This document shows, piece after piece, positions 35,096 through 43,814 of a DNA stretch of 64,000 nucleotides. Each line of letters opens with the position of its first letter. Position 1 is the stretch's first letter. The translations under genes and the position numbers were made by a program. The stretch is from Microthrixaceae bacterium (GTDB lineage: Bacteria; Actinomycetota; Acidimicrobiia; Acidimicrobiales; Microtrichaceae). The stretch lies in assembly GCA_049647585.1 (NCBI GenBank), contig JBARXY010000008.1, positions 2,024-66,023 on the forward strand. Reading direction: 5' to 3'. The notes beneath the pieces were generated by a model that had not been told where the DNA came from, made no database searches, and worked only from the letters and a program-made list of their open reading frames with translations.

Positions 35096-36255
35096 GGGTC
35101 GTCCTATTCACGGGTAAGGGTGGCGTCGGCAAGACCACGACTGCGGCATCCACTGCCCTGCGGATTGCTGCGGGCGGTCAGCGGGTCGTCGTGACCTCAG
35201 CAGATCCGGCGCACTCCCTGGCTGACTCCTTTGGAGTCGAGTTGGGCTCGGAACCAATCGAGGTCTCTGCGCGATGTTGGGCACAACAACTGGATGGTCG
35301 TGAGCGACTCGAGGAGAACTGGGCCGCCATCCGGGACTGGATGATGGAGGTCTTCGAATGGGCCGGCGTCGATGAGATTGCCGCCGAAGAGCTGGCGATG
35401 CTGCCGGGCCTCGAAGAGGTTTTCGCGCTGACCGAGGTTGAAAGCCTCTGCGAATCGGGTGACTTCGACGTGGTGGTGGTCGATTGCGCTCCGACCGCTG
35501 AAACCGTTCGTCTGTTGTCCCTTCCCGACATCCTTAGCTGGTATATGGATCGGCTCTACCCGGCGTCGCGTCGAATGAACCGGATGGTCGGCCCGATCGT
35601 GTCGCGTATGACATCGCTTCCGGTCGCGCGGGATTCGGTATTCGTCACGGGCCGACGGTTCTATGAACGCATTGACGCCGTCCGTCAGATTCTCGCCGAC
35701 CCCGAGGTGACGTCGGTTCGTCTGGTGGTGAACCCAGAGGCGATGGTCGTCGCTGAAGCGCGACGGACCTACACCTATTTGGCTCTGTTCGGCTACCACG
35801 TTGATGCCGTGGTGGTGAACCGTGTGCTTCCCGATTCGGTCGAGGGAGCTTGGATGGACCGATGGCGAAGTAGCCAGGCGGTACATCTGGACACGATTTC
35901 CGAGTGCTTCGGTGACCTACCCATCGTCAGGGCCGAGCACAGCGGTGCCGAGGTGGTCGGAATGGACCAGTTGGTCGAGTTCGGCGAAGCGCTCTGGGGT
36001 GAGATCGACCCGTCCGCACGTCTCCACGAGGGACGACCGATGCGGATGAACAAGGTGGGAGACGCCATCGTGTTGTGCATCGGTCTGCCGTTCACGGAGT
36101 CGAGTGAGGTCGAGCTGAGTCGAACCGGGGATGACCTGTTCGTAGCCGTGGGTCCCTACCGCCGCAGCCTGACGCTTCCTGAATCGTTGCGGCGTCGCGA
36201 GGTCGCATCGGCGAAGGTCGAGGCCGGCGAGTTGAGGATCCATTTCGTCACGTGA
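35092..36255 (+). CDS. ArsA/Get3-like P-loop ATPase
   Basis: Deviant Walker A FTGKGGVGKTTTAAS. Other motifs: TSADPAHSL and VVDCAPT. Confidence 0.9.
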   Translation: MRVVLFTGKGGVGKTTTAASTALRIAAGGQRVVVTSADPAHSLADSFGVELGSEPIEVSARCWAQQLDGRERLEENWAAIRDWMMEVFEWAGVDEIAAEELAMLPGLEEVFALTEVESLCESGDFDVVVVDCAPTAETVRLLSLPDILSWYMDRLYPASRRMNRMVGPIVSRMTSLPVARDSVFVTGRRFYERIDAVRQILADPEVTSVRLVVNPEAMVVAEARRTYTYLALFGYHVDAVVVNRVLPDSVEGAWMDRWRSSQAVHLDTISECFGDLPIVRAEHSGAEVVGMDQLVEFGEALWGEIDPSARLHEGRPMRMNKVGDAIVLCIGLPFTESSEVELSRTGDDLFVAVGPYRRSLTLPESLRRREVASAKVEAGELRIHFVT

Positions 36256-36303
36256 GCCCCACGGCACCTGACGACGGGACGACTCTCGGGCCATCATGTT
36301 CCG

Positions 36304-36711
36304 ATGGACGATCGCAGAACCGCCGAGGGCCTAGAGCACCTTCAGGCAGCAGCTAACGAGTTGGTGGCGGCGGCCAGGTCGTTCCTGGATGTGGCCGAGG
36401 ACGTCATTGCAGACCCTGACCGCTTCGGCGGAATGGCGGCCGGAGCGGTCGACATGTTGAAGGGCTTCACCGGAAGGGGTGAGCAGCCATGGGAGCGCCA
36501 TGCCCGCGATGCCGACGAGTGGGAAGGCGGCCTGGCGGACTTTGAGGATTCGGGTTCGGGTTCGGGTTCGGGGGAGCCCGGGGCAGACAGCTCGGGAGTT
36601 GAGGCCCCGATGGTTGAAAAACCCGAGCCTGAGGTCAAGAAGCCCGCCCCCAAGCCACGGTCTCCAAAGAAGTCGTCAGCCAGCCGGGTTAAGCGGATCG
36701 TGGTGGACTGA
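36304..36711 (+). CDS. hypothetical acidic/low-complexity protein
   Basis: A helical N-terminus (LQAAANELVAAARSFLDVAEDV) followed by a SGSGSGSG and Lys/Pro-rich tail. No family assignment can be made by eye. Confidence 0.5.
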   Translation: MDDRRTAEGLEHLQAAANELVAAARSFLDVAEDVIADPDRFGGMAAGAVDMLKGFTGRGEQPWERHARDADEWEGGLADFEDSGSGSGSGEPGADSSGVEAPMVEKPEPEVKKPAPKPRSPKKSSASRVKRIVVD

Positions 36712-36760
36712 ATCTGCCTCATTTGTCGGGAGGATCGGCCGACAGGGTCACGAGATACCT

Positions 36761-39001
36761 ATGAAGCTTGTACGGATCGACGCAATAGGGACTGATGAGC
36801 TGCATCCCCGCCTGACGCTCCTGCGCGGATCGTCGCCTGAGTTCCGCCGTCGCATCTTGGGATTGCTCGATTCGATCGCTTCGCTTGAGAAGTTCCCGCC
36901 TGCTGGTCTGATCGAGGTCAACGGGGTTCAGCTCTCCCTCGACAACGACACGATTACCCAACTTCAGCTCGACCAGAATCTGAGCTGGGTGATCGACTGG
37001 ACCGACCAGTCGTCCGGAGCGACAACTGGCCAGGGAACCGGACCGGTGACAAGTCAGGGATCCGGAGCGACGACCGGCCCGGCGGCGGGTTCGAGGCCCA
37101 GTGACAGGCCACCCCCATACCGGATGGATCTGGAGAACCTCCGCACGGCGCTGCGAGCAACGGCAGGGGAGCGTTCGTCCCTGGCCACCCATATGGACCA
37201 GGTGAGGACGCGCCTGGACTCCTTCGCCAACGCGGCCCTGGAGGTCTGCGTCGGCCAGATCGATGCCCTCGAGGCCCGGCGGTCGTCCCTTCGACGAAGG
37301 TTCGAGAGTGCCAAGTCGGTTGCCGACGAGCAGCTGGTTGAGCTTGAAGCGACCTATCACGAACATCTCGCCGAGATCGATGCCGTCGAGTCGCTGAACC
37401 TTGATGCTGTCAGGGCTGCGCGAGATCAGCTTGCCCATCAACTCCAATCGCATCGCGGACCGGATCCGAAGTCCACCGAACTTGCACTTCGGATCGATGC
37501 GACGATGCGGCGGGTGCGAGACTTGAGCGGCCGCGCTGCCGCGGTCTCGTTGCGGCGGAGAGAGGCTGAACAGCGACTCGCCGAATGCGTCGCCGAGGTG
37601 AGTGCCGCCGAGAGAGCCATGCGCCAAAGGCGTGTCGACCCAGATGTAGTCGCCCGTCTGGAACAGGTTCGGGACGAGATGTTCGCCGCTGATGAGCGTC
37701 AGAGTCGGCTATCCGTCAACCGGAATCGTCGTCGCATGCTCAGTCTGCGTGAGGAAGAGGCGCGGTTGCTGGCCCAGATCGGGTTCGACACCTACAGCTC
37801 ATATGTCATGGGTATTCCTTCGATGCGCTCGGAGGTCGAGCGTTCCTCCAGGCTGGATCAGGCCCAGTCGCGGGTGGACGAGATCCAGCATGAGCTGGAC
37901 TCCATGGACGAGCCTGCGGAGTCGTTGCTGAGTGCAAGCGAAGCCGAGCTGCGTGATCTGCTCCGAGCCGCGGCAGCGCTTCTGGGCGACAACACTGTCG
38001 GCACAGTCGGATCTGTCGGATCTGTCGGCACTGTCGGCACTGCCGACCAGGGTGAAAGCCAGTTGGGAACACAGGGCGCAAGCTCCTTCGAACCGACGAA
38101 CGCGCCGGCCGCGGACGATGTGGCTCTGGTGATAGAGAAGCTGCGTAGCAGTCAGCTTGGAGTGATGCCCGACGATGACCACACGGTGCTGCAGGCCGCA
38201 GCGGAGCTTCGCCACGCGATCATGGCCACAGCCGGGGGTCGCTTTGCCGGTTCGGACCCAACCAAACCACCTCGGATAGCGGGCTCGGCCATTGCACCGT
38301 TCTCGTGGACCGGGACGCCTTCGGCTCTGCTCGGCGCAGTGGATGCATGGCTGGTTCGACTATCCGAACCAGCTGCTTGGCTCAAGGCGGCTCGTGAGTC
38401 GGTGGAAGGGCTGAGACTCCAGATCGAGGAACGTCGTGAGTCGGGAGAGGCACCTGCGGATGTCTCCGAATGGGCCCAGGTCGAGTCCGAGCTGGACACG
38501 CTTCTGGACAAATTGGTCGGCGCTCAAGAACGAGTCAGGCGACACGAAGAAGCCTTGGTCGAACTCGCCGCAATGCGTGAGCAGGAGTTGGCGATCCGGG
38601 CCCGGGAGCGTGACCTGCTCGCCCAGCTCTCCGAGGCCGAAGCGGAGATCGAGAATCCGGCTGAAGCAATTCCGGCTCCTCAACTCAGCGATAGGGCGCA
38701 GCCATCCGCCGGAGGAGCGGAGTGGAGGTTGATCGAGTTCGCAGCACGTCGCATGTCGGTTTCCTTCGCCGGACCTCTCCCCATCGTCATGGTCGGCTTG
38801 GGCGACATCGGGAACGGTCGAGGCGCCGCAGTTGAAGTCGGTGACCGCAACGTCCGAGATGCCGTATTCGAACGCGTCCGTCGGCTCAGCGAACTCGTGC
38901 AGATGGTTCTCATTGACGACCGGGAGTGGTTGTCGGAACGCGTCGCCGCGCTCGGACTCGACGCCAGGATCATGGATCTGGGAGGTCCACCCGAGCGCTG
39001 A
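36761..39001 (+). CDS. large coiled-coil protein with degenerate SMC/Rad50-like termini
   Basis: The N-terminus MKLVRIDAIGTDELHPRLTLLRGSSPEFRRRIL has the shape of an ABC/SMC head strand-loop but no GxxGxGK[ST]. About 500 aa of Arg/Glu-rich coiled coil follow. The C-terminus reads ELVQMVLIDDREW (Walker-B-like). ATG 36761 was chosen because the upstream extension is Arg/Pro-rich junk. Confidence 0.7.
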   Translation: MKLVRIDAIGTDELHPRLTLLRGSSPEFRRRILGLLDSIASLEKFPPAGLIEVNGVQLSLDNDTITQLQLDQNLSWVIDWTDQSSGATTGQGTGPVTSQGSGATTGPAAGSRPSDRPPPYRMDLENLRTALRATAGERSSLATHMDQVRTRLDSFANAALEVCVGQIDALEARRSSLRRRFESAKSVADEQLVELEATYHEHLAEIDAVESLNLDAVRAARDQLAHQLQSHRGPDPKSTELALRIDATMRRVRDLSGRAAAVSLRRREAEQRLAECVAEVSAAERAMRQRRVDPDVVARLEQVRDEMFAADERQSRLSVNRNRRRMLSLREEEARLLAQIGFDTYSSYVMGIPSMRSEVERSSRLDQAQSRVDEIQHELDSMDEPAESLLSASEAELRDLLRAAAALLGDNTVGTVGSVGSVGTVGTADQGESQLGTQGASSFEPTNAPAADDVALVIEKLRSSQLGVMPDDDHTVLQAAAELRHAIMATAGGRFAGSDPTKPPRIAGSAIAPFSWTGTPSALLGAVDAWLVRLSEPAAWLKAARESVEGLRLQIEERRESGEAPADVSEWAQVESELDTLLDKLVGAQERVRRHEEALVELAAMREQELAIRARERDLLAQLSEAEAEIENPAEAIPAPQLSDRAQPSAGGAEWRLIEFAARRMSVSFAGPLPIVMVGLGDIGNGRGAAVEVGDRNVRDAVFERVRRLSELVQMVLIDDREWLSERVAALGLDARIMDLGGPPER

Positions 39002-39057
39002 ACGGTCCTGAAGTCGAATTGGACTGCCTGGCCTGCGAACTGTGGTCGACTTGTTCT

Positions 39058-40002
39058 GTGAGTACGACGAACCCGTCCAACGTAATCGGCGTCGATGTCG
39101 GCGGGACCAAGGTCCTTTCGATACTTGCGTCGACAACCGAGATCATTGACCGCGAACAGGTCGCTTCGGATGCCGGGAGCCCGGAGATCCTCGATCAGAT
39201 CGAGGCCTCGATTGCTGCCCTGCTCGACCGGGCTGCGGACAGTCCGGCTGCCATCGGTGTCGGCATGGCCGGCTTCATCGGCCTTGACGGAATAGCCCGT
39301 TCTGCACCCAACACCAAGGGATTGATCGGGGTGGATGTTCCGGGCAGATTGCACGAACGGTTCGGCCTACCGGTCCACGTGGAGAATGATGCCAACTGTG
39401 TGGCGATCGCCACCCGCGACCGCGTCGGGCATGACACCGACGTCCTTGTAGCGGTAACCCTGGGCACGGGGATCGGCGGCGGAGTAATCATCGATGGTGG
39501 ACTGTTCCGGGGAACCAACGGGTTCGCCGGCGAACCGGGGCATATGGTCATCGATCCATCTGGGCCGCTTTGCCCCTGTGGTCAACGAGGCTGCTGGGAA
39601 CGCTTCGCCTCGGGTACCGGACTCGCGTGGCTGGCCAGGCGAGCAGCAACGGCGGGATCGGCTGACTCTCTGGTGGCCCACGCCGGATCGGCCGAGGCAA
39701 TCAAGGGCGAGGACGTATCGGACCTGGCGGCTGTCGGGGACAGTGAGGCTCAGAGAGTCTTCGATGAATTCGCCTTCTACGTGGCAACCGGGGTGGCCAA
39801 TCTGATCGTGCTGCTCGACCCGCAGATGGTCGTGATCGGCGGGGGACTGGCCTCTCTCGGTTATCAACTCCTTGAGCCGCTCCAGACCGCGCTGTCCGAT
39901 CACTTTCCCAGCGCCACCAGGAACCGGGACACCCAGATAGTCATGGCCCCCGGCGGCCCGGATGCCGGTGCATGGGGAGCCGCGCTGCTGGCACGGCGGT
40001 AG
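39058..40002 (+). CDS. ROK-family glucokinase
   Basis: VIGVDVGGTKV, plus the ROK zinc motif GHMVIDPSGPLCPCGQRGCWE. GTG start. Confidence 0.85.
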   Translation: MSTTNPSNVIGVDVGGTKVLSILASTTEIIDREQVASDAGSPEILDQIEASIAALLDRAADSPAAIGVGMAGFIGLDGIARSAPNTKGLIGVDVPGRLHERFGLPVHVENDANCVAIATRDRVGHDTDVLVAVTLGTGIGGGVIIDGGLFRGTNGFAGEPGHMVIDPSGPLCPCGQRGCWERFASGTGLAWLARRAATAGSADSLVAHAGSAEAIKGEDVSDLAAVGDSEAQRVFDEFAFYVATGVANLIVLLDPQMVVIGGGLASLGYQLLEPLQTALSDHFPSATRNRDTQIVMAPGGPDAGAWGAALLARR

Positions 40003-40011
40003 TTTTCTCCG

Positions 40012-41187
40012 ATGGAGTTCCGCCGGATTACATCACTGCCTCCCTATGTGTTCACGATCATCGATTCGTTGAAGGTGGCAGCTCGTCGTGAGGGTGCCGA
40101 CATCATCGATCTGGGCTTTGGCAACCCCGACCTGCCTTCACCCCAGATCGCGGTCGAGAAGCTCTGCGAAGCTGCACACAACGAGCGGAACCACCGATAT
40201 TCGGCCTCCCGTGGCATTCCGAAGCTCCGTCAGGCAGCCGCGAACTACTACGAGCATCGTTTCGGAGTGCGCCTTGATCCCGACACCGAGGTCATCTCGA
40301 CCATCGGCGCCAAAGAGGGCTTCAGCCATCTCATGTGGGTCCTTCTGGAGCCGGGCGACGCAGCCCTTGTCCCGTCGCCGAGCTATCCGATCCACATCTT
40401 CGGACCGCTATTTGCCGGAGCGAACGTTCGAGAGATCCCACTGGGCACCGGCGAACAGTTCTTCGACAACATGGTCAATGCCTGGGAGTACTCGCATCCC
40501 AAGCCCCGAGTGATTGTCCTGTCGTTCCCGCACAACCCGACGACCACCTGTGTCGACCTTGATTTCATGCAGCGCGTTGTCGACTTCGCACGCGAGAAGG
40601 AGGTCATTCTCGTACACGACAACGCGTATGCCGACCTGGGGTTCGACGGATATCGGCCTCCGTCGATATTGCAGGCCGATGGTGCGAAGGAGGTCGCGGT
40701 CGAGCTCTATTCGATGACCAAGTCGTTCTCGATGGCGGGCTGGAGGGTGGCGTTCGCTCTGGGTAATCCCGAGGTGATCGCTGCGCTTGCCAAGCTCAAG
40801 TCATACCTGGACTACGGAACCTTCCAACCGATCCAGATAGCAGCCACTGTCGCCATGAACGAGGCGATCGACTTTCCGGCCGAGGTCAATGCCACGTATC
40901 AGAATCGTCGCGATGCGCTCTGCAGCGGGCTGTCGAGGATCGGCTGGGACCTGGAGCCGCCCCAGGGGACGATGTTTGCCTGGTCAAAAATCCCGGATCC
41001 CTACCTGGACATGGGGTCGGTTGAGTTCTGTTCACACCTGGTGAGGGAAGCCCAGGTCGCACTGTCTCCCGGAGTCGGATTCGGACCTGGCGGTGAGGGC
41101 CACGTCCGTTTCGCTCTGATAGAGAACGAGCAGCGAATTGCCCAGGCAGTTCGGAACCTCCGCCGGGCGCTACCGAAGCTCGCCTAG
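40012..41187 (+). CDS. class I/II pyridoxal-phosphate aminotransferase (AlaC/AspC-like)
   Basis: LPPYVF...IIDLGFGNPD, PHNPTT, the PLP lysine motif YSMTKSFSMAGWR, and RFAL. Confidence 0.9.
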   Translation: MEFRRITSLPPYVFTIIDSLKVAARREGADIIDLGFGNPDLPSPQIAVEKLCEAAHNERNHRYSASRGIPKLRQAAANYYEHRFGVRLDPDTEVISTIGAKEGFSHLMWVLLEPGDAALVPSPSYPIHIFGPLFAGANVREIPLGTGEQFFDNMVNAWEYSHPKPRVIVLSFPHNPTTTCVDLDFMQRVVDFAREKEVILVHDNAYADLGFDGYRPPSILQADGAKEVAVELYSMTKSFSMAGWRVAFALGNPEVIAALAKLKSYLDYGTFQPIQIAATVAMNEAIDFPAEVNATYQNRRDALCSGLSRIGWDLEPPQGTMFAWSKIPDPYLDMGSVEFCSHLVREAQVALSPGVGFGPGGEGHVRFALIENEQRIAQAVRNLRRALPKLA

Positions 41188-41209
41188 CTCCACTGTGCGG
41201 GTGGCACTC

Positions 41210-41254
41210 GGTCGTCCGGGGCGCGGTCGTCCGGGGCGCGGTCGTCCGGGGCGC
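41210..41254. repeat. 15-bp tandem repeat x3
   Basis: GGTCGTCCGGGGCGC occurs three times in a row, between the convergent aminotransferase and TetR genes. Confidence 0.9.
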
Positions 41255-41262
41255 GGACGCAA

Positions 41263-41853
41263 TCAGTCGGCGACACCCAGTCCACCCCGGCAGAATGACG
41301 CGACCATGTCCGAGACAAGGATCGGATCCTCGCCCCGTTCCGCTATGTAGACCTGGGTGAGCAGGTTGGCCACTCCGAGCATCGCGATTGCCAGCGCCTC
41401 GGAGTCCCTGTCTGGAATGAGGCCCTCCTTGATCGCAGACTCGATCTGGGTCCGCGCATCGCCTACCAGGACCTTCTGACCAGCACGCATGGCACCCTGG
41501 AACGTCGACTCGGTCCGGGCAAACTCGAACAGTTGCCGCAGGTCGTTGTGCTCGGCGAGCCAGATGACGGCTGCTCGAATTCCAAGGTCGATCTTCTCGA
41601 GGGGGTCCTGTGTCGAACTTATTGCCCGTTGCTGTCGGCGTCGCATGTCCAATTGCGACGACCGGAGGATCTCGATGAAGAGTTCCTCCTTCGAATCGAA
41701 GTACCAGTAGAAGACGCCCTTGCCGACTCCGATTCCATCGACGATGTCGGCCACGGAAGTCGGGTGGTACCCGTTCTCGGCGAACCTTCTTGTCGCATAG
41801 GCGATGAGTTGAGCTCTGCGCTCTTTCCCACGTTGGGTTAGCTGGCGCGCCAT
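41263..41853 (-). CDS. TetR-family transcriptional regulator
   Basis: The N-terminal HTH is RRAQLIAYATRRFAENGYHPTSVADIVDGIGVGKGVFYWYF. The start was taken at ATG 41853 because the longer ORF overlaps glpK. Confidence 0.85.
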   Translation of the reverse strand: MARQLTQRGKERRAQLIAYATRRFAENGYHPTSVADIVDGIGVGKGVFYWYFDSKEELFIEILRSSQLDMRRRQQRAISSTQDPLEKIDLGIRAAVIWLAEHNDLRQLFEFARTESTFQGAMRAGQKVLVGDARTQIESAIKEGLIPDRDSEALAIAMLGVANLLTQVYIAERGEDPILVSDMVASFCRGGLGVAD

Positions 41854-41888
41854 TCCAGTCACGCTAGCAACGTTCTTGACCGATCGGT

Positions 41889-43448
41889 CTAGTTGGAGCT
41901 CATTGAGCTCGCCCAACCTGCCGAGCGGCTGACCCCTCGTCGCCAAAGTTCGTATGCGGCTTCGGTAGGGCCACGGTCCGGGTTCGGGGTGAAGGTCGCA
42001 TCAGCGGACCAGCTCGTCGCAATCTCATCGACACTCGACCACATGCCCACACCCAGCCCGGCCAGATAAGCGGCACCCAGCGCTGTCGTCTCGGCAACCG
42101 AGGATCGGAGCACCGAACAGTTCAGCTGATCAGCTTGCATCTGAAGCATCATGTCCATCGCTGCCGCTCCGCCGTCGACCCGAAGTTCACGAAGCTCGGA
42201 TCCGGAAGCGGCGCTCATGGCTTCGATTACGTCCCGGGTCTGGAAGGTCATCGAATCGACGACGGCCCGCGCAATGTGGGCACGACCGGTACCCCTGGTG
42301 ATTCCCAGGATCGTGCCCCGGGCGTGAGGGTCCCAGTAGGGCGAACCCAGGCCTGTGAAGGCAGGAACCACGACAACCCCGGCCGGGTCCTCGACGCTTG
42401 CCGCGAGGGCTTCGGTATCGGAGGCCGAGTCGATGATCTTCAAGCCGTCGCGCAACCACTGCACAGCGGCCCCGGTGACGAAGATCGCCCCTTCGAGTGC
42501 GTAGTGGGTCACATTCCGGATAGTCGACTCTCCGAGCATCGATCCCGGCACCGTCCAGGCGACTGTGGTCAGTAGGCCGTCCTTGGGTCCCGGCGAGTTC
42601 TCGCCAGTGTTCATGAGTACGAAGGAGCCGGTTCCATAGGTGTTCTTGGCCATTCCGGGACTCGTGCACGCCTGACCAAAGAGCGCTGCCTGTTGGTCCC
42701 CTGCAATACCCGTCACGGGTGTTCCGGAAGGTACGCCGCAATTGCCTTCGGTAACTCCGAACGACCCCGCCGAGGGAAGAACGGTGGGGAGGGCATCCAT
42801 CGGGACTCCGAAGAGATTGCAGAGTTCCTCGGACCAAGCCAGGTGGTTGATGTCGAAGAGCATCGTGCGACTGGCGTTCGATGGCTCGGTCGCGTGGACA
42901 GCGCCGCCCGTCAGCTTCCAGGTGATCCAACTGTCGACCGTGCCGAGCAACAGATTCTCATCGACCTTCACTCCGCCGTGTCGAATCATCCATTCAAACT
43001 TCGAACCCGAGAAATAGGGGTCGAGTACCAGCCCGCTGCGCTCTCGGACCATCGGCAGGTGGCCATCGCTACTCAACTGCTCACACCGATCGGCGGTCCG
43101 GCGGTCCTGCCAGACGATCGCGCGGCTGCGGGGTCGGCCGGTTTGCCTGTCCCATGCAACGGCGGTCTCGCGCTGGTTGGTGATCCCGATGGCGGCAACG
43201 GTTCGTCCGAGTGAACGAGTGAGATCTGTGAGCACCTCGACAGTGGTCGTCCAGATCTCGTCGGCGTCGTGTTCGACGAGACCGGGTTCGGGGAAGTACT
43301 GGGTGAACTCCTTGTAGCTGCGGCCGACCGGAGTCCCGGACGAGTCGACGGCAAAGGCTCTGATCCCGGTTGTTCCGGCATCGATCGCAACGATCACGGC
43401 GTCGTCAGGTGATCTGGTGTTCATCGGCGAAAACCTACTCGCCCCCAA
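41889..43448 (-). CDS. glpK: glycerol kinase
   Basis: Motifs: AIDAGTTGIRAF, GITNQRETAVAWD, IVWQDRRT, YGTGSF, DGGAA. The start may instead be ATG 43424. Confidence 0.92.
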   Translation of the reverse strand: MGASRFSPMNTRSPDDAVIVAIDAGTTGIRAFAVDSSGTPVGRSYKEFTQYFPEPGLVEHDADEIWTTTVEVLTDLTRSLGRTVAAIGITNQRETAVAWDRQTGRPRSRAIVWQDRRTADRCEQLSSDGHLPMVRERSGLVLDPYFSGSKFEWMIRHGGVKVDENLLLGTVDSWITWKLTGGAVHATEPSNASRTMLFDINHLAWSEELCNLFGVPMDALPTVLPSAGSFGVTEGNCGVPSGTPVTGIAGDQQAALFGQACTSPGMAKNTYGTGSFVLMNTGENSPGPKDGLLTTVAWTVPGSMLGESTIRNVTHYALEGAIFVTGAAVQWLRDGLKIIDSASDTEALAASVEDPAGVVVVPAFTGLGSPYWDPHARGTILGITRGTGRAHIARAVVDSMTFQTRDVIEAMSAASGSELRELRVDGGAAAMDMMLQMQADQLNCSVLRSSVAETTALGAAYLAGLGVGMWSSVDEIATSWSADATFTPNPDRGPTEAAYELWRRGVSRSAGWASSMSSN

Positions 43449-43550
43449 ATCTCGGCTCGGTGACCTCGAAGGGATCCTCGAACCTCAAGCCGCGCAGACC
43501 ATGGACGCGTTTGTCGCAGGGTCCGAGCCGACACGTCAGCGTGGTCGAAG

Positions 43551-43810
43551 GTGACCGCAATCGACGTCATCTACGAAGGGGAGGGCGGACCGTGGGTCGT
43601 GGCCCGCGCAGCACAACGTGGAACACGCACGCTAATCGAGTACACCGACGCCCATCTCGCTGCTGGGGCCGAGCTTGCCCCAGTGCGCCACCCGACAAGT
43701 GTGCGCGCACGCTCCTTTGATGGGCGCGACGAGACCCATCTGCCCGGCTTGTTGGCCGATGCGCTGCCTGATTTTCGGTGGTCGGGATCTCGGGCGGTTC
43801 GAACGCGGAG
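43551..43810 (+). pseudogene. remnant of a HipA-family toxin kinase gene (N-terminal subdomain only)
   Basis: IDVIYEGEGGPWVVARAA...IEYTDAHLAAGAELAPVRHP......HLPGLLADALPDF matches the HipA N-terminal pattern (L.P.lp ... lPglfaDslPD.WG). The similarity is lost right after PDF. No kinase core follows, and the downstream DNA is occupied by an opposite-strand lipoprotein gene. Confidence 0.4.
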
Positions 43811-43814
43811 TGGT

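Noticed and set aside
36479-36760. 94-codon upstream extension of the coiled-coil ORF
   Set aside because: It overlaps the preceding gene in another frame and is Arg/Ser/Pro-rich. ATG 36761 begins a plausible structured N-terminus.
36719-37627. 302-aa minus-strand ORF
   Set aside because: It lies antisense to the coiled-coil gene and its product is Arg/Gly/Pro-rich.
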